DNA of 64,000 nt from Candidatus Hydrogenedentota bacterium (GTDB lineage Bacteria > Hydrogenedentota > Hydrogenedentia > Hydrogenedentales > SLHB01), in the NCBI GenBank assembly GCA_963674865.2, contig CAXXYE010000004.1, positions 384,001-448,000 of the forward strand, given 5' to 3'. The position numbers and the translations under genes are program-made. Under the pieces are notes generated by a model that was not told where the DNA came from, ran no database searches, and worked only from the letters and a program-made list of their open reading frames with translations. Positions 28,801 to 36,775 of the stretch are shown here, in pieces; position 1 is the stretch's first letter; each line of letters starts with the position of its first letter.

Positions 28801-29529
28801 CTCATGGAATACCAGCTTGTTCACGAGGGCGTAGCAGGCAAACTTGGCGGCCCGTTCAAGGTTATCGCGCTCTCCCTCCTTGTCGGAGAGAATTACCCAG
28901 CCTTGGTCGTCCCGCATCCACTTGTCGAGTTCGCTCTTGAAGCGGGCCTTCTTGTAACGCTCGGACAATTCCCAATTCGTCAGCGCGATGGGCATTTGGA
29001 GCGCGGACTCGAGGGCCTCAATGAACTTCTCGTCGGGAGACTTCTTTCCGAGAGGGGCCGTCCCGCGCAGAATGGCGGCAAAGTCGTTTAGAAAGAGGGG
29101 CAGCCAATCCTTTATCGCCGTGATGGTCATTGGCATGTCCATGTGGGATTCCGCATGGACGCTTGTTACTCGCCAGGAGCGGTAGTCACGCTCGCGGAGC
29201 GAGTCCTTCGCGGGGGTCGTCTCCCAAAGAGCACATTCGTTGACGTTCCAGGTGAAGAAGAACTCTGACTTCGCGCGGGCCGCCTTCTTGCGGGCATCGT
29301 CAATTACCGACTGAACAAAGGGGCTGCCGCCGTCCTTGCGATAGGGAAGTTTGATCTCGCCGGTTAGGCAGACTCGATTGCTCTTGTCCAATAGGGTGAG
29401 ATCACGCCGCTTTTGGGAGCCTCGGGAGCGCTGTTCGCACTTGGCGGATGAGAAGGGAAGTGAATGGTCTTTGGACAAGAGGATGTTTATCCAACTTGCG
29501 ACTTCCGCCGTGAATTCCCATTCGTTCAT
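25855..29529 (-). CDS. Type IIG-like fused restriction endonuclease / N6-adenine DNA methyltransferase
   Basis: N-terminal PD-(D/E)xK-like RRDLTL...GEIK; GQFYT, DPACGGGTFL (motif I), VVGNPPY (motif IV); C-terminal TRD-like region; 1224 aa. Confidence 0.85.
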   Translation of the reverse strand: MNEWEFTAEVASWINILLSKDHSLPFSSAKCEQRSRGSQKRRDLTLLDKSNRVCLTGEIKLPYRKDGGSPFVQSVIDDARKKAARAKSEFFFTWNVNECALWETTPAKDSLRERDYRSWRVTSVHAESHMDMPMTITAIKDWLPLFLNDFAAILRGTAPLGKKSPDEKFIEALESALQMPIALTNWELSERYKKARFKSELDKWMRDDQGWVILSDKEGERDNLERAAKFACYALVNKLVFHEALLKRYGTRMDGLSVPEHIDTGDALRTHLEGSFARAKNTTGDYETVFGEEHHGIGNRIPFYADGAAPHWRVLISQIHEFDFSKLDYEVIGNIFERLIGPEERHKYGQFYTRVEIVDLINSFCIRRGDEKVMDPACGGGTFLVRAYARKRELAPARKHGQLLSDLYGVDYSSFAAHLTTINLATRDLVEAENYPQVVRKDFFDVVSDRPFVALPKRNTSNGLGNLQHREVTIAPLDAVVGNPPYIRQEGIPKAKRRGKGGPEPGTKEYYQKLVADEQGAILPGRSDIHCYFWPHAASFLKPDAYLCLLTSSQWLDVEYGFRLQEYILRNFDILAVLESIDEPWFVGARVATTVTILRRQLDEKKRMDNTVRFVQLRRPVAQIIAHDGTTAGAILAADAFRDEILSLKENTSNERYRARLVRQGALWDDGVKLGVIMGKSKDPGDEDSHSQTGEYYGGKWGVHLRAPDLWFQLLDDYGKRFAPLGELADVRFGVKSGKDCFFYPIDGSADCLANHTDPETFLITYGVPRCDVASGQLKLVKCGEGRGEIRPIEAQYLEPEVHSLMEVDRFSVEPEDCSRLILLAGEPREKLEGTHVLDYIKWGESRNFHTGATCASRVTQEREWYDLTGHQRGALFWPKSQQYKHAVPTNDANLQCNCNLYDVNLSAETPSRVMAGILNSSVTILSKFQFGRPVGVEGNFKTEVVDVNAMLVPDPRLGTSRQSEEIARTFSRLMRRRPVQFLSERRMREMAYRQAGKEEQLKDLSDECELDMDDRRALDDAVLQMLGVRSKRQRRELIDRLYAYLRDFFEWTRQKEEKAIANKKKAKRKGAARPEELASQVFQEMLEKEPGLFRHYDPDFIDAAKPYDTYELPQEGAPEPLHDLHIPHGVRFSNGKKRSVAILEVRSDAQVNLVVLVASTCRRGFVRIPYDDDECARVHTEYERFALHRERQVRAFIESRTADEEMQEKIYAVLMPMLLRGAD

Positions 29530-29733
29530 CGCGGGCGTCTCTCCAACCTCAGGGTTAGGACCGTCTTGTGATTCTCATTTGAGGCGGTAGCGCTGACTTG
29601 GCAGGAGTGCCCTACCATCGGCAGACGGAAGTATAGCACAACAAAGGACGTGGCCTGAGAGCGCTGCACCGTCACGGAGAGGACAGGAATCGTGGGAGTA
29701 TGGGCATAGGATGCTTGACATGCCAAGCTAGCG

Positions 29734-29769
29734 AAAGCTGGAACTCCGAACGCGTAGCGGGCGTGGGGA
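29734..29769 (+). repeat. 36-bp direct repeat, copy 1 (REP-like)
   Basis: AAAGCTGGAACTCCGAACGCGTAGCGGGCGTGGGGA; one mismatch to the copy at 30025-30060. Confidence 0.85.
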
Positions 29770-29881
29770 AAGTGTGTCGGCCGGCCGTTTGAACCACTAA
29801 GGCAGAAAGGCACGAAGGGCGTGTGAGGTGGGAGGATGTGGGGCGTGAGCCGCCTGGATGCGTTTCTTCTGACGGCGATTG

Positions 29882-29908
29882 AATCGTGTGAATCTTGTCA
29901 ATCCTGTC
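29882..29908. repeat. 9-bp periodic repeat (inverted relative to 25315-25341)
   Basis: AATCGTGTG AATCTTGTC AATCCTGTC. Confidence 0.65.
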
Positions 29909-30018
29909 GATACATCTCCGGCGGGTTGGCCGCGAGGCGCTAAGCGTTGGGCTCGCTTGGTACGGTCCTCGTCTTCGCCGATGTCTGTCGGCTCGGATGT
30001 GGGGTGTGTAAAGGGTAT

Positions 30019-30060
30019 CCAGCTAAAGCTGGAACTCCAAACGCGTAGCGGGCGTGGGGA
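30019..30060 (+). repeat. 36-bp direct repeat, copy 2, with CCAGCT-AA-AGCTGG hairpin
   Basis: CCAGCTAAAGCTGGAACTCCAAACGCGTAGCGGGCGTGGGGA. Confidence 0.85.
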
Positions 30061-30135
30061 TATGAGAAACGGTTGCCTGGTTGAAATACTGGGCGCAGCG
30101 AGAGACGAGAGACAGATGTGTATCTGCGCGTCCGC

Positions 30136-30161
30136 GGTCGAGCGGGAGCTCGACCCTCCCG
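30136..30161. repeat. REP-like hairpin
   Basis: GGTCGAGC-GGGA-GCTCGACC-CTCCCG; the 3' 13-mer recurs at 25423-25435. Confidence 0.7.
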
Positions 30162-30563
30162 GGCTGTCGAATGCGCTGCCGAATTCCTGAAGTGAGCGGC
30201 CAGAAGTGCGGGCGCGGGGATGTCCGGAAGCAGATAGGTCGGTTGTGGGGTGCAAGGTGGCCTGCAAGCGGTGTGGAATGGGGGAGGGGGATGTCCGTAT
30301 CATCGGGGGAGTGGCGCGTCTGGGATGTGAGGATCGTGGAGCCAGAATCCGCACGTAAGCGTGGTCGTGCATGGGAAGCACGCGCGCCGGAGGCAGGCAG
30401 GATGCGCGCGCCACAATCTCCGGCGCGCTCGCCATTTGTCGGGAGCCGCTTGCCAGAGTTTCGAGAAGGGCCGTATTGCGGTGCGGGCTCTCAGCCTGCA
30501 TATTGCCGCGATTGGTGCGAAACCTGCCCGGCTTACGTGCGGATTTGGGTGGAGGGTGTTGTT

Positions 30564-31649
30564 TTGACTTCGCGGGAGCGTTGGTTGGCGGCGGTGCGGA
30601 TGGCGCCGGTGGATCGGTTGCCGTTTTGGCCGAAGCTGGATGGGTCGTATGCGAGGATGCAGCGGGCGCCATTCAGCGATATGGATACGGATGCGCTGCA
30701 TAATTGGATGGGCAGCGATAAGCATGTGGGACTGTCCGATTGCGTGGTGGAACGCCGGAAGCGTACCTCGCTGGACGTTGTCGAGGAGGACGGTACGCGG
30801 CGGACGTTCTTCACGGCACCGGCGGGCCGGCTGGAACTGGTGGAGGTATTTGATGGGCCGTCGCGTTCGTGGCATCCGGTGGCCCATCCGGTAGCGTCGG
30901 TGGATGACGTGGCGTTGATGACGGAATGGTATGAGGACATCACGCCTGAACTGGATATGGATGGCCTCGCGAAGGCGCGCGCCCGGGCGGCGAGCGTGGG
31001 GGAGGGGGGCGTGACGGCGATGGGCATCGGCACGTCGGCCCTGATGCACTGGGTGGAGTTCTTGGCGGGGATCGAGAACGCGCATTACCTGCTGATCGAG
31101 CATCCGGCCTTAGTGGCGGGGCTGTTTGACGCGATGCACCGCGTCACGCTGCGGCGAGCCGAGATCGCTTGTGAACATCATCCGGCGGACTTGCTGTATA
31201 TGGTGGAGAACACGTCGACGACGCTCATCTCGCCGCGCCAGTACCGCGACTTATGCTACGGCCACATTCGCGCGTATGCCGAGGCGGCGCGAGACGCGGG
31301 GCGGCTGCTGATTCTGCACATGTGCGGGCATCTCAAGGCGCTGCTGCCGGACTTGGCGACGCTAGCCGTGGCGGGTTTTGAGGCGTTCACATCGCCGCCG
31401 GTGGGCAATACCTCGTTCATGGACGGGCGGCGGGCTTGTCCGGAGACTTGCCTCATCGGCGGGACGAACGCGGTGCTGTGGACGAAGTCCGCGGAGGCGA
31501 TCATCGCGGAGATCGAGGCATCGCTCGACGCTTTGCCGCATCATCGGGGGCTGGTGGTGACGTCGGCGGGCGTGATGCCGCCGCTCTGTGCTCCGGAAAC
31601 CATCAAGGCCGTGGGCGACTGGGTGAAGACGTATCCGGTGAGGATGTAG
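30564..31649 (+). CDS. Uroporphyrinogen decarboxylase / MtaA-CmuA family protein
   Basis: TTG start LTSRERWLAAVRMAPVDRLP after GGAGG; STTLISP, ILHMCG, LIGGTN. Confidence 0.82.
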   Translation: MTSRERWLAAVRMAPVDRLPFWPKLDGSYARMQRAPFSDMDTDALHNWMGSDKHVGLSDCVVERRKRTSLDVVEEDGTRRTFFTAPAGRLELVEVFDGPSRSWHPVAHPVASVDDVALMTEWYEDITPELDMDGLAKARARAASVGEGGVTAMGIGTSALMHWVEFLAGIENAHYLLIEHPALVAGLFDAMHRVTLRRAEIACEHHPADLLYMVENTSTTLISPRQYRDLCYGHIRAYAEAARDAGRLLILHMCGHLKALLPDLATLAVAGFEAFTSPPVGNTSFMDGRRACPETCLIGGTNAVLWTKSAEAIIAEIEASLDALPHHRGLVVTSAGVMPPLCAPETIKAVGDWVKTYPVRM

Positions 31650-31705
31650 CGTTGGCGTCACGGGGCTGGAAACCGGCGGATGAAGCGCTGAAGCCACTCA
31701 GGGGC

Positions 31706-32095
31706 GTGAGGGCGCTGACAAGGCGGTTTCGCCTGGAGGTCCGGGCGCTGTATCTGGCCTGCAAGGATTCCCGCACGCCCTGGTATGCGAAGGTGGTGGC
31801 GCTGTCTGTGGTGGGTTACGCGCTGAGTCCGGTGGACTTGATACCTGACGGCATCCCGGTTTTGGGCTACCTGGATGACCTCGTGATTGTCCCGCTGGGG
31901 GTGATACTGGCGGTGAGATTGATTCCCCCTGAGGTGCTGGCGGATTGCAGGGAACGAGCCCGGGAAGAGACTATCCGCAGGGGCGCCGCGGCGTGGATCG
32001 CGGGGGGGCTAATCGTGTTGTTCTGGCTTGCGCTGGCGTCCGCCGGTGTCGGATTGATCCTCTGGGCGACGCGCGGCGGGGCGCAGGCGCAGTAG
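31706..32095 (+). CDS. YkvA / DUF1232 membrane protein
   Basis: RTPWYAK...YALSPVDLIPDGIPVLGYLDD; start uncertain. Confidence 0.85.
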   Translation: MRALTRRFRLEVRALYLACKDSRTPWYAKVVALSVVGYALSPVDLIPDGIPVLGYLDDLVIVPLGVILAVRLIPPEVLADCRERAREETIRRGAAAWIAGGLIVLFWLALASAGVGLILWATRGGAQAQ

Positions 32096-32132
32096 CGCAA
32101 GCAGCCCGGAGCCATAGCAGCCGGGCGCTTGC

Positions 32133-32492
32133 CTAAACACTCTCGTCAAATAGCAGGCTCTGCAATTCCCGCATCTTCGCGGAGATCTCAAGCAGTTCCT
32201 CCGGGGGGATCTGTTTAATGACTTGGTTATTCTTGTCGATAATCTGCGCGACGATTCGCTTGCTTTCCGCGTCCACGTGCAGGCGGGTGCCCGCACGTCT
32301 CATCGCGGGGTTCTCGACAACAGGCTGCGCGTTGCCTTCTGTCTCTTTGACGGCGGGGCTGGGACTGGCCCGCTCCGTCGTGACGGCCTCCTTCGCCGGT
32401 TCAGCGTTGCGCGGCTGCGGAGAAGGCCTCCTGGAAAGAGACGAAGGCAGCAGGGCCGCCATCTCTTGTCCGCTTACACTCCGCACACCCAT
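32133..32492 (-). CDS. flaG: FlaG family flagellar protein
   Basis: RIVAQIIDKNNQVIKQIPPEELLEI...LLFDESV; directly downstream of the flagellins. Confidence 0.9.
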   Translation of the reverse strand: MGVRSVSGQEMAALLPSSLSRRPSPQPRNAEPAKEAVTTERASPSPAVKETEGNAQPVVENPAMRRAGTRLHVDAESKRIVAQIIDKNNQVIKQIPPEELLEISAKMRELQSLLFDESV

Positions 32493-32521
32493 AGGGACTC
32501 TCCTTGACGTTTACTCAGCGC

Positions 32522-33337
32522 CTAACCTAGTAACTGCAGCGCGGTTTGCGGCACGATGTTGGCCTGGGCCAACACGGATGTGCCCGCCGACACGAGAATC
32601 TGGTTGCGCGTGAAGGTGATGGTTTCGGTAGCAATATTTGCGTCGCGGATGGCGCTTTCGGACGCTTGCGAGTTCTCCTCCTGAATCGCCAAGGTGTTGA
32701 TGGTGAATTCAAGGCGGTTCTGATAGGCGCCGAGGGTACTCCGCAATGTGCTGACGCTCTTGATGGCGCTGTCGATGGTGCTGAGCGAAAGCACGGAACC
32801 GGCCACGGTGGACACGGCCACGGTACTGATCTTCAGATCCGTGGTCGTGGCCGAGGTCAGGCTCATGGAGAGGGTCTGGCCCGGTTGCGCACCGGCCTGG
32901 AGCGTCAGGGTTTGAGAGGCACTGAGGACGCGGAGGCCGTTGAACTCCGTGTCGAAGGCGATATCGTCTATCTGCGCCAGGAGTTGCTGCACCTCGGTGT
33001 TGAGCGATTCACGATTCTGTGTACTCTGGGTTCCGTTGGCCGCCTGAACGGCTAGTTCGCGCATGCGCTGCAGGATGTTTGTGGTTTCGCTGAGGGCGCC
33101 CTCGGCCGTCTGCACGAGACTGATGCCGTCTTGGGCGTTGCGCTGCGCCACCTGAGTGCCGAGTACGACGGAGTGAAATCCCTCGGCAATGGCCAGTCCG
33201 GCGGCGTCATCCGCGGCGCGGTTGATGCGCAGGCCGCTGGATAACCTTTCGAGGGACTGGTTCAGAGCTTTCGTCGAGCGGTTCAGGATACGCGCCGCGT
33301 TGAGAGCCGGCGTGTTGGTGTTGATTACTAGTCCCAC
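32522..33337 (-). CDS. fliC: Flagellin D (271 aa, GTG start)
   Basis: LERLSSGLRINRAADDAAGLAI, RMRELAVQAAN, RSTLGAYQNRLE, IRDANIA, VLAQAN. Confidence 0.96.
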   Translation of the reverse strand: MGLVINTNTPALNAARILNRSTKALNQSLERLSSGLRINRAADDAAGLAIAEGFHSVVLGTQVAQRNAQDGISLVQTAEGALSETTNILQRMRELAVQAANGTQSTQNRESLNTEVQQLLAQIDDIAFDTEFNGLRVLSASQTLTLQAGAQPGQTLSMSLTSATTTDLKISTVAVSTVAGSVLSLSTIDSAIKSVSTLRSTLGAYQNRLEFTINTLAIQEENSQASESAIRDANIATETITFTRNQILVSAGTSVLAQANIVPQTALQLLG

Positions 33338-33345
33338 GTCTTAGT

Positions 33346-33376
33346 CCTCCTTGGCATTCTTAGAGTATCCGTACTC
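33346..33376 (-). promoter_or_regulatory. Putative CsrA-binding sites, flagellin D leader
   Basis: GAGUA-CGGA-UACUC hairpin plus AAGGAGG SD. Confidence 0.65.
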
Positions 33377-33390
33377 AAAGAACATTGTTA

Positions 33391-34206
33391 TTAGCCGAGC
33401 AGTGTAAGGGCCGTTTGCGGCACGATGTTGGCTTGGGCCAAGACGGCCGTGCCGGCCGTCACCAGGATTTGATTTCTCGTGAAATCAATGGTCTCAGTCG
33501 CGATGTTGGCATCGCGGATGGCGCTTTCCGACGCCTGCGAGTTCTCCTCCTGAATCGCGAGCGTATTGATAGTGAACTCAAGGCGGTTCTGGTAGGCGCC
33601 GAGGGTACTGCGCAGCGTGCTCACGCTGCGGATGGCCGTATCGATGGTGCTCATTGCGGACACCGCCGATCCGACACTGGACACCCTGACGGCACTGACC
33701 TTGAGATCGTTTGTCTTGGCGGCATTCAATGTGATGGACAGCGTCTGCCCGGGTTGAGCGCCCGCCTGCAGGGTGAGGGTCTGCGTGGCGCTGAGCACCC
33801 GAATGCCGTTGAACTCCGTATCGAAGGCGATATCGTCGATCTGTGCAAGAAGTTGTTGGACTTCGGTGTTAAGCGCGGCCTGGTTCTGCGTGCTTTGGGT
33901 GCCGTTCGCGGCCTGAACAGCCAACTCCCGCATACGCTGCAGGATGTTGGTGGTTTCGCTCAGGGCGCCTTCCGTGGTTTGAACCATGCTTATGCCGTCC
34001 TGGGCGTTGCGCTGCGCGACCTGCGTGCCCAACACGACGGAGCGAAATCCTTCGGCGATGGCGAGTCCCGCGGCGTCATCGGCGGCGCGGTTGATGCGAA
34101 GCCCGCTCGACAAGCGCTCGAGTGAGCGGTTGAGCGCTTTGGTGGATCGGCTGAGAACGCGGGCCGTGTTCAACGCGGGTATATTCGTGTTGATCCTGAG
34201 TCCCAT
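33391..34206 (-). CDS. fliC: Flagellin C (271 aa)
   Basis: Conserved flagellin N and C domains; ATG 34206 after GGAGG. Confidence 0.96.
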   Translation of the reverse strand: MGLRINTNIPALNTARVLSRSTKALNRSLERLSSGLRINRAADDAAGLAIAEGFRSVVLGTQVAQRNAQDGISMVQTTEGALSETTNILQRMRELAVQAANGTQSTQNQAALNTEVQQLLAQIDDIAFDTEFNGIRVLSATQTLTLQAGAQPGQTLSITLNAAKTNDLKVSAVRVSSVGSAVSAMSTIDTAIRSVSTLRSTLGAYQNRLEFTINTLAIQEENSQASESAIRDANIATETIDFTRNQILVTAGTAVLAQANIVPQTALTLLG

Positions 34207-34214
34207 TGTCTTAC

Positions 34215-34254
34215 CCTCCATGAGTGCGTCGCGGGGGTATCCCTAGTCCCCACG
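34215..34254 (-). promoter_or_regulatory. Putative CsrA-binding sites, flagellin C leader
   Basis: CGUGGGG-acuAGGGAuac-CCCCGCG hairpin plus AUGGAGG SD. Confidence 0.55.
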
Positions 34255-34350
34255 ATTGAGATGCTGTTGTCGTCGGCCTGGCCCGGCTCATTGGGGGCAG
34301 CTCAGGCGTCAGGCCGTCAGATGCTCACCTCCCTTCTCAAATGGCCCCAG

Positions 34351-34378
34351 GGCGCCGGGCCCCGAAGAACCCGGCGCC
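34351..34378 (-). terminator. GC-rich hairpin after flagellin B (attenuator or mRNA-stabilising stem)
   Basis: GGCGCCGGG-N10-CCCGGCGCC with extended flanking pairing; no clear U-tract. Confidence 0.45.
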
Positions 34379-34407
34379 GGGGCGCCAATCAGCTATAAAT
34401 GGGGCGT

Positions 34408-35223
34408 TTATCCCAGCAATTGCAGTGCGGTCTGCGGTACGATGTTGGCTTGGGCCAAGACCGAAGTACCGGCTGATACGAGAATCTGGTTGCGGGTATA
34501 GGCAATGGTCTCGGAGGCGATGTTGGCGTCGCGGATGGCGCTTTCCGACGCTGACGAGTTCTCTTCCTGAATCGCGAGCGTATTGATGGTGAACTCAAGG
34601 CGGTTCTGATAGGCGCCGAGGGTGCTTCGCAGTGTGCTCACGCTACGGATGGCCGTATCGATGGTGCTCATCGCGGACACGGCGGAGCCGACGCTTGAAA
34701 CCGTTACGGCGCTCACCTTCAGGTCGTTCGTGGAGGCTGCCGTAAGCGAGATCGCCAGTGTCTGTCCGGGCTGGGCGCCGGCCTGGAGCGTAAGGGTCTG
34801 CGAGGCGCTCAACACGCGCAGGCCGTTAAACTCGGTGTCAAAGGCAATGTCGTCAATCTGGGCCAGAAGCTGCTGCACCTCGGTGTTGAGGGCCTCGCGG
34901 TTCTGGCTGCTCTGTGTGCCGTTGGCGGCCTGAACGGCCAGCTCGCGCATCCGCTGGAGAATGTTGGTTGTTTCACTTAGGGCGCCTTCAGCCGTCTGGA
35001 CGAGGCTGATGCCGTCCTGTGAGTTCCGCTGAGCGACCTGCGTGCCCAGCACGACGGAGTGGAATCCTTCCGCAATGGCGAGGCCCGCGGCGTCGTCCGC
35101 GGCCCGGTTGATGCGCAACCCGCTAGAGAGCCGCTCTAGAGACTGATTCAAATCCTGGGTAGAGCGATTCAGAATGCGGCTTGTGTTCAACGCGGGAACG
35201 TTAGTGTTGATTACGAGTCCCAT
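34408..35223 (-). CDS. fliC: Flagellin B (271 aa)
   Basis: Conserved flagellin N and C domains. Confidence 0.96.
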   Translation of the reverse strand: MGLVINTNVPALNTSRILNRSTQDLNQSLERLSSGLRINRAADDAAGLAIAEGFHSVVLGTQVAQRNSQDGISLVQTAEGALSETTNILQRMRELAVQAANGTQSSQNREALNTEVQQLLAQIDDIAFDTEFNGLRVLSASQTLTLQAGAQPGQTLAISLTAASTNDLKVSAVTVSSVGSAVSAMSTIDTAIRSVSTLRSTLGAYQNRLEFTINTLAIQEENSSASESAIRDANIASETIAYTRNQILVSAGTSVLAQANIVPQTALQLLG

Positions 35224-35232
35224 AGTCATGTC

Positions 35233-35264
35233 CCTCCGTGAGTGCGTTCTCAGGCATCCCTGCC
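35233..35264 (-). promoter_or_regulatory. Putative CsrA-binding sites, flagellin B leader
   Basis: GGCA-GGGA-UGCC hairpin plus ACGGAGG SD. Confidence 0.7.
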
Positions 35265-35328
35265 CTTACTTCATTTGCCTAGCGGCCTGAGAGGACGCGG
35301 ACCATCTCAAGCCGGACCTGCCGTTAAC

Positions 35329-36144
35329 TTACTGGAGAAGCTGCAACGCCGTCTGCGGCACGATGTTGGCCTGGGCCAACACCGAGGTGCCCGCCGAAAC
35401 AAGGATCTGATTCCTTGTGAAGTCGATGGTTTCGGAGGCGATGTTCGCATCGCGGATGGCGCTTTCCGACGCCGACGAGTTCTCCTCCTGAATCGCGAGG
35501 GTGTTGATGGTGAACTCGAGACGGTTCTGATAGGCGCCGAGCGTGCTGCGGAGCGTGCTGACACTGCGTAGCGCGCTATCGATGGTACTCAGAGAAAGCA
35601 CTGAGCCCGCTACCGTGGAGACAGCGACTGTCGAGATCTTTAGGTCGTTCGTCTTGGCGGCCACCATCGAAATCGCGAGCGTCTGTCCGGGCTGGGCGCC
35701 GGCCTGAAGCGTGATGGTTTGTGAGGCGCTCAACACGCGGAGTCCATTGAACTCCGTATCCATCGCGATATCGTCGATCTGGGCCAGCAATTGCTGGACC
35801 TCGGTGTTCAACGATGCACGGTTCTCCGAACTCTGTGTACCGTTGGCGGCCTGGACGGCCAGTTCGCGCACACGTTGGAGAATGTTGGTGGTTTCGCTGA
35901 GGGCGCCTTCAGCGGTCTGGACGAGGCTGATGCCGTCCTGCGAGTTCCGCTGCGCCACCTGCGCGCCCTGGACCACCGAACGGAAGCCCTCCGCAATGGC
36001 CAAGCCTGCGGCGTCGTCTGCCGCCCGATTGATCCGCAACCCGCTCGATAGCCGCTCCAAACTCCGGTTCAACGACTTGGTTGAACGGCTCAGAATACGG
36101 CTGGTGTTCAAAGCGGGTATGTTGGTATTGATTCTGAGTCCCAT
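35329..36144 (-). CDS. fliC: Flagellin A (271 aa)
   Basis: Conserved flagellin N and C domains; ATG 36144 after GGAGG. Confidence 0.96.
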   Translation of the reverse strand: MGLRINTNIPALNTSRILSRSTKSLNRSLERLSSGLRINRAADDAAGLAIAEGFRSVVQGAQVAQRNSQDGISLVQTAEGALSETTNILQRVRELAVQAANGTQSSENRASLNTEVQQLLAQIDDIAMDTEFNGLRVLSASQTITLQAGAQPGQTLAISMVAAKTNDLKISTVAVSTVAGSVLSLSTIDSALRSVSTLRSTLGAYQNRLEFTINTLAIQEENSSASESAIRDANIASETIDFTRNQILVSAGTSVLAQANIVPQTALQLLQ

Positions 36145-36152
36145 AGTCCTGT

Positions 36153-36188
36153 CCTCCGTGAGTGGTCGTGCGGCGCGTCCATGCGCCG
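36153..36188 (-). promoter_or_regulatory. Putative CsrA-binding sites, flagellin A leader
   Basis: CGGCGC-AUGGAC-GCGCCG hairpin plus ACGGAGG SD. Confidence 0.7.
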
Positions 36189-36539
36189 TTGTTGCTCCCA
36201 TTGTTTTCGATTGTCATCGAGTAGCAGGTGTCGCGGTACTCCTGAAACTCGACTCGAGAAAGACCGCCGGATCGGACACCGACCCCGTTGCCTTCCTCTA
36301 CGCCCCCAGCCGCCCTTTAGCCGACATATGCCACCACGCGCGCCCATTTCGCGCGAGGACGGAGCAATTGTCAGCGGATACCCTCAAGACGCCTCAAGGC
36401 TCGATGGTCTTGTCGGAGACCATACCCGCCTTTCTTCTCAAACGCTTACTAATAAAACACTTAAGCCTTGGCGCGCCCACTTGGGCAAGTCCGGCCGGTT
36501 CAACTTTTGTAAAGGCCCATTACCCCTTTACCGTCTTGT

Positions 36540-36566
36540 TTATCGACAACTTTAGCCAGAACTTTA
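36540..36566 (-). promoter_or_regulatory. Sigma28 promoter of the flagellin array
   Basis: TAAA-N15-GTCGATAA (TAAAGTT...GTCGATAA). Confidence 0.75.
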
Positions 36567-36775
36567 GTCTTTTTTTCCCTGTATCGAGTGAAAGTCAGCG
36601 GAATTGTTCTCGAAGGATAGGGGAAGCAAGGCGAGGGCCACGCTGAATGGTCGAAGAGGAAATGCATAAGACATTGCAAAGCAGGGCTTTGGCAGCGCCC
36701 GGCTTGGCAGCGTTAAGGAATGGCGCGTATCAGCTCCGGACAGGCATGCGTCCGCGATAGGGCCTCCGCAGCGGA

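Noticed and set aside
29734..30060. 36-bp repeats as a CRISPR array
   Set aside because: Only two copies, 255 bp apart, and no cas genes
30081..30563. N-terminal extension of the 522-aa ORF
   Set aside because: Non-protein-like and crosses repeats; a better start with RBS exists at 30564
31436..31705. N-terminal extension of the YkvA ORF
   Set aside because: Overlaps the upstream gene out of frame; similarity begins only near 31706
36319..36333. TGGCAT...GGCT (minus strand) as a sigma54 promoter for the flagellins
   Set aside because: GG-to-GC spacing is 9 rather than the required 10
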